Positions 60,133 through 64,000 of a stretch of 64,000 nucleotides of DNA are shown one piece after another. The DNA comes from an uncultured Saprospirales bacterium (GTDB lineage: Bacteria; Bacteroidota; Bacteroidia; Chitinophagales; Saprospiraceae). The notes beneath the pieces were generated by a model. It saw only the letters and a list, made by a program, of their open reading frames with translations, searched no databases and was not told where the DNA came from. Both the position numbers and the translations under genes were made by a program. Numbering within the stretch: position 1 is the first letter of the stretch; every line of letters begins with the position of its first letter. The stretch is taken from the NCBI GenBank assembly GCA_913061325.1, contig CAJXUU010000001.1, forward strand, positions 1,864 to 65,863. The letters run 5' to 3'.

Positions 60133-60837
60133 TTAGCTATGAACATTCATGGCGTCAATCTTAGCCAAGGTAGATTCACTACTCATTAATGTGCGTGCAA
60201 GTTTTAGATTGAATATCTTCAGGTCATTCAGGTCAACATTGAATAAAGGCGACTTGTTACTGCCGTTTGCGTTTAGCAGTTTTGTATACCCTATGATAAA
60301 TGACCATCCTTGTAGCGTGCTGAAAATCGGATCTATATGAGGTAAGATACTACCATCAGCTTGCCCTCGAGATATTTCTTTTGCTGTTAATTTGAATGGC
60401 AGGTTTTGTATGTCCTGAAGCTTCATGTAGTAGAGGCTTTCTTTTGTTGCTTCTGTTAACTTGGTTTGATCTTGGCCCGACGAGGTAGACCGAACCAAAG
60501 AAAAGTATTCCAATAGGGTCTCTGAATATAAAAAGTTTTCTTCGCAGAAAGTCATAAAAGTCTCGATGAGTGCAACGACTGAATCAATACCTTTTTTATT
60601 TTTATTATTGTCTAGAGAGTTATAATAAGCATCATTTAGAGATTGCAATGCTCTATAGGTAATTGCCAAATACAGGTTTTCTTTACTCTGGAAATATGAA
60701 TATAAAGTAACTTTAGTGATTCCTGCTTCAGAAGCAATATCCTCCATTTTAGCATTCTTAAAACCTACAGCTCTAAAAACACTTTCGGCAGCTTCGATGA
60801 TATTATTTTCTTTGATTGTTTTTTTTGTGTCCTTCAT
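60133..60837 (-). CDS. TetR/AcrR family transcriptional regulator
   Basis: N-terminal HTH (IIEAAESVFRAVGFKNAKMEDIASEAGITKVTLYSYFQSKENLY). Confidence 0.85.
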   Translation of the reverse strand: MKDTKKTIKENNIIEAAESVFRAVGFKNAKMEDIASEAGITKVTLYSYFQSKENLYLAITYRALQSLNDAYYNSLDNNKNKKGIDSVVALIETFMTFCEENFLYSETLLEYFSLVRSTSSGQDQTKLTEATKESLYYMKLQDIQNLPFKLTAKEISRGQADGSILPHIDPIFSTLQGWSFIIGYTKLLNANGSNKSPLFNVDLNDLKIFNLKLARTLMSSESTLAKIDAMNVHS

Positions 60838-60880
60838 ATTCGCTTCTCGTTCTCACAATAAGATCGCTAAAGTAAAAAAT

Positions 60881-60895
60881 TTAACTCTGAGTTTA
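60881..60895. promoter_or_regulatory. Candidate TetR operator (imperfect palindrome TTAACTC-T-GAGTTTA)
   Basis: 7-bp arms with one mismatch, 44 nt upstream of the TetR start codon. Confidence 0.25.
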
Positions 60896-61016
60896 TTGTA
60901 AGAAGCCGAGAATGATGAATAGCAGATTGATTTTGGCTGAATCGAGTAAGACAAAAGTAAAACCAACAATTATATGTACTGTCTTAATCATTCCCCCAAT
61001 AATAATGGCAGGGACA

Positions 61017-62432
61017 TTAAGCTTCTTTTAAAAATAGCTTTTTCTCTTTTATAATTTTCACTAAAACACTTGGCACTTTATTCTGCCAGCCATCTCTTCC
61101 TTGACTGATATTATCGTATACTATTGATGGGTCTATGTAAAGCATCTCTTCCTCATACTCACCTACATCTACGATTTGGTTGCTATCAGTTAGGTGCTTG
61201 TATAAGAACTTTATCCCTTCTGGAACTGGTAAATTCGCTGTCGTCATAAGCGATTCACCATCTTCCATAAGTGCAGGATACGCGTATATTTTAATGTTTC
61301 TAGTGAATAACTCGCCAAATGCTACTAATAGCCTTCCATCTTGATTACCATGGAACTTTTCATTTATTATATCTAGCAGCTCTCTCACTCCAATAACAAG
61401 CCCAAGCTTTTTAATTTTATAATCTCCTAGATAATTGATCAGTTTTTGATGATTGCTGCAGTCAGAAACGATCACTTTATATCCAAGCGCACATATTAGC
61501 TCTGTTCTATCAAGAAAATCTTGATCATCAATCTCCCCGTTTTCATCTCTTAAGTAATCGAGGGTTAATTCAGTGATGTTATAAGCTCTTTCTGGATCCA
61601 CATACTCTTCGTTCTTGAATTGTACGAAACTAGATCTCATTACATCTTGGGTCACTAATGTTGGCGGTCGGAAATTACCACGAACTACCATTAATGCCTT
61701 TTTGTATAAGAACTCTGAGGCATGGACGCTATTCTTGTTTTCATCGAAGATTGTAACCTCAGTCAGATTGTGTTTTACAAGGTAAAGAGATAGTAATCTA
61801 TTATCAATTCCTTCAAATATTGGCCCTCCAGCACGGACCATATCGATAGTGACTCTTCCTTCTAGTCCCTCTAATAGCGACTTTACCATTTTCTCTGGAT
61901 TGTCCCGATAGTAGAAACAAGCATATATTAGATTGACTCCTAGTGTGCCTATAGCCTCTTGCTGTAGTTTATTATCATTGTCATGCATCTTAACATGAAT
62001 CACCAAATCATTGAACTCAGAACACGGCTCGTGCTGGAACCTTACACCCAGCCAGCCATTGCCTTTGATGGTACGAGAATAGTTGATCGCTGATATAGTA
62101 TCAGCAAACACAAAAAAAGTAGCCATGTGACACATATCACCCAATCGTTCATCCATCAATTTAGACTCGTGATTTAGCATCTTATACAACCGTGATTCAC
62201 ATACGTATCGTCCACTTTCTTCTTTACCATATATCGCATCCGAAAATTCTTTGTCGTAAGCAGACATCGTTTTGGCTATCGTTCCCGCGGCGGCGCCTAC
62301 TTGGAAGAAATTTCTAGCTACCTCTTGACCAGCACCAATCTCAGCAAATGTGCCATAGATCATGTTATTGAGATTGATCTCTAAAGCTTTCTGCTCTGTT
62401 TTTAATATCTTATGTTGATTCTGTTCTTGCAT
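61017..62432 (-). CDS. Conserved hypothetical protein (function unknown)
   Basis: A long uninterrupted 471-aa ORF with globular composition and the motif GTFAEIGAGQEVARNFFQVGAAAGTIAKTMSAYD. I cannot assign a family. Confidence 0.6.
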   Translation of the reverse strand: MQEQNQHKILKTEQKALEINLNNMIYGTFAEIGAGQEVARNFFQVGAAAGTIAKTMSAYDKEFSDAIYGKEESGRYVCESRLYKMLNHESKLMDERLGDMCHMATFFVFADTISAINYSRTIKGNGWLGVRFQHEPCSEFNDLVIHVKMHDNDNKLQQEAIGTLGVNLIYACFYYRDNPEKMVKSLLEGLEGRVTIDMVRAGGPIFEGIDNRLLSLYLVKHNLTEVTIFDENKNSVHASEFLYKKALMVVRGNFRPPTLVTQDVMRSSFVQFKNEEYVDPERAYNITELTLDYLRDENGEIDDQDFLDRTELICALGYKVIVSDCSNHQKLINYLGDYKIKKLGLVIGVRELLDIINEKFHGNQDGRLLVAFGELFTRNIKIYAYPALMEDGESLMTTANLPVPEGIKFLYKHLTDSNQIVDVGEYEEEMLYIDPSIVYDNISQGRDGWQNKVPSVLVKIIKEKKLFLKEA

Positions 62433-62645
62433 ATATAAACTTCAGTCTTTTTTAGATGGATATCAGCTGATAATGTCACAAAAATAAACAAATATTCAAG
62501 TGACATAGAACGGTAATAGGAAAAGATAAGTCTGTAAAGAAAAATGGCTTGAATGAAACATCAAATCATTTACTCAAATACATAACGCTAAAAATGCCTT
62601 CGACAAAACCACTATCAAGGGCATTAAATATTTTAAGGCGGTCTT

Positions 62646-63160
62646 TTATTTATTCTTTATCAACTCAGGTTGATGAGCGGCTGGTATCTCTGTATCTCCA
62701 GTATATGATGGTACATATGTTTTAATAGATGCAGCATCATATGGTTCAAGATTAAGAAATGTCCACGTCTTACCTTCGTCAGAAGAAGAGGCAAGGAAGT
62801 AAACTTTCTGAGAGACCTTAGTCTCACCAATCTTTGTAATAATAATTTGGGGTAATATCGATTGTAAGTCCCTTCCGGCAAACATAAACTTGCTCGGTTT
62901 CTAGGGGTTGATCGATTCAAAGGTTATTCCACTTTTAGTCATCATCTCATATGATGCTTTAGCGTTAGCCACCATAACTTCTTTTCCCCCTGCAACTTCA
63001 ATTACCGATGGAATAGTCAAGTCTATATACTTATCAAAGTCTCCACTTAAAAAGGCTTCATTGAATTCTTTTGCACCTCCAAGCAACAATTCTACCTGAG
63101 ATTGTGCTTGTATTGATAATGATATAAAAATCATAAATAGAATAGAAAAAAGCTTTTCAT
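62646..63160 (-). pseudogene. Small secreted protein gene with a 5' frameshift and an in-frame TAG
   Basis: ORFs 62901-63134 and 62646-62885 share one frame, separated only by the TAG at 62901-62903 (..FESINP*KPSKFMFAGRD..). One extra A in the AAAA run at 63154-63157 would give a canonical signal peptide, MKKLFSILFMIFISLSIQAQ, from ATG 63160. Confidence 0.5.
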
Positions 63161-63192
63161 AAAGTTCGTGTTTTAATGTGCCTGAAAAAGCA

Positions 63193-64000
63193 TTACCAAA
63201 TATTTGCGGTCTCCAATTTTATTTCCTCTCCATAGAATACCTTAGCAGTATCCTCAAAGGATTGAGTATAGTCAGACACAAAAAAATCATTCTTTTTGGT
63301 TCTTTTTGGAGACAATAAATTTTCCTCCTTTAGCAACTTTTTCACCGAATTAGCTACTACGTCCGTACTGTCCAATACATCCACCTTATGATCAAAGTAT
63401 GCCTCTATTTCCTTCTTGATTAATGGATAGTGAGTACATGCTAAAAGTAGGGCATCAAGATCTGCAAATTCTTTCCTTCCAAGATATGTATCGATCACTG
63501 AATGGCTGATATTTCCTTGGTAAAAACCCTCTTCAATCATCGGAGCAAGCAATGGGGTTGCCATTGAGTATACGTTCGCCTTTTGTAGTTTTTGTTTGAT
63601 CTTATCTCTGTAAATATTAGATCGTATAGTAACTTTTGTTGCTATTACTCCAATATTATCATATCCATGATCTGTGGCAGCCTTTACCAATGGGTCTACG
63701 ACATTTACAAACAATGCCTTCCCTTCAAAAAAATCCACCAGCGTTCTGTATGCTACTGACGAAGCACTATTGCAAGCGATAACTATCATCTTACAATTCT
63801 GGTCCAATAAAAATTTGCTGATTTTGAGACTGTAAAAACGGATCGCGTCCTCTGATTTGTCTCCGTAAGGCAGGTGAGCAGTGTCTCCAAAGTATATAAG
63901 ATGCTCGTTAGGAAGGGCCTTTTGAATGGCATTGGCAACTGTGAGGCCACCAATGCCTGAATCAAATATTCCTATAGATTTGTTACGCGCATCCGTAATT
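63193..64000 (-). CDS. murI: Glutamate racemase, 5' end cut by window edge
   Basis: The frame is open to the window end (..IGIFDSGIGGLTVANAI..FGDTAHLPYG..). Catalytic Cys motifs VIACNSAS and LLACTHYP are present. Confidence 0.9.
   Translation of the reverse strand, partial: ITDARNKSIGIFDSGIGGLTVANAIQKALPNEHLIYFGDTAHLPYGDKSEDAIRFYSLKISKFLLDQNCKMIVIACNSASSVAYRTLVDFFEGKALFVNVVDPLVKAATDHGYDNIGVIATKVTIRSNIYRDKIKQKLQKANVYSMATPLLAPMIEEGFYQGNISHSVIDTYLGRKEFADLDALLLACTHYPLIKKEIEAYFDHKVDVLDSTDVVANSVKKLLKEENLLSPKRTKKNDFFVSDYTQSFEDTAKVFYGEEIKLETANIW

Noticed and set aside
56118-60900. Calling the methyltransferase cassette a horizontally acquired genomic island.
   Set aside because: Sampled lines inside the cassette show about 37-38% GC, the same as the rest of the window. 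No integrase, transposase, tRNA attachment site or flanking direct repeats were found. Only the unusual gene content and the adjacent long spacer hint at acquisition.

Overview
This 64-kb window looks like a chromosomal segment of a low-GC Bacteroidota genome (roughly 36-38% GC by eye on a few sampled lines). The phylum call rests on three secreted proteins with T9SS-type C-terminal sorting domains, TAnnTTTG -7 promoter boxes upstream of many genes, and Bacteroidota-typical DUF families.

About 55 protein genes are supported, most of them housekeeping: prfC, glyQS, trpS, dprA, ybeY, atpD/atpC, rsmG, hemD, smpB, murI (partial), two ECF-type sigma factors, peptidases and envelope proteins. I found no rRNA, tRNA, CRISPR array, transposase or integrase.

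The most unusual locus is a tightly packed minus-strand cassette at 56721-60837: TetR regulator, beta-class DNA methyltransferase, lipoprotein-signal alpha/beta hydrolase, and an unrecognisable 359-aa protein. It resembles a restriction-modification or defence module but fits no canonical layout.

Other second-look items:
- Several decayed accessory loci: a frameshifted minimal-nucleotidyltransferase two-gene module, HlyD and TolC efflux remnants ending in a perfect 15-bp palindrome, and two genes cut by single in-frame stop codons.
- Three frameshifts that would each be repaired by one extra A in an AAAA run.
- An 845-bp non-coding gap holding a strong orphan terminator, which could mark an sRNA.
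- A repeated ATATTAACAT motif array in a divergent promoter region.
- A degenerate TrpF-like gene translationally coupled to trpS.

All family assignments come from motifs and remembered family signatures. No database search was run.
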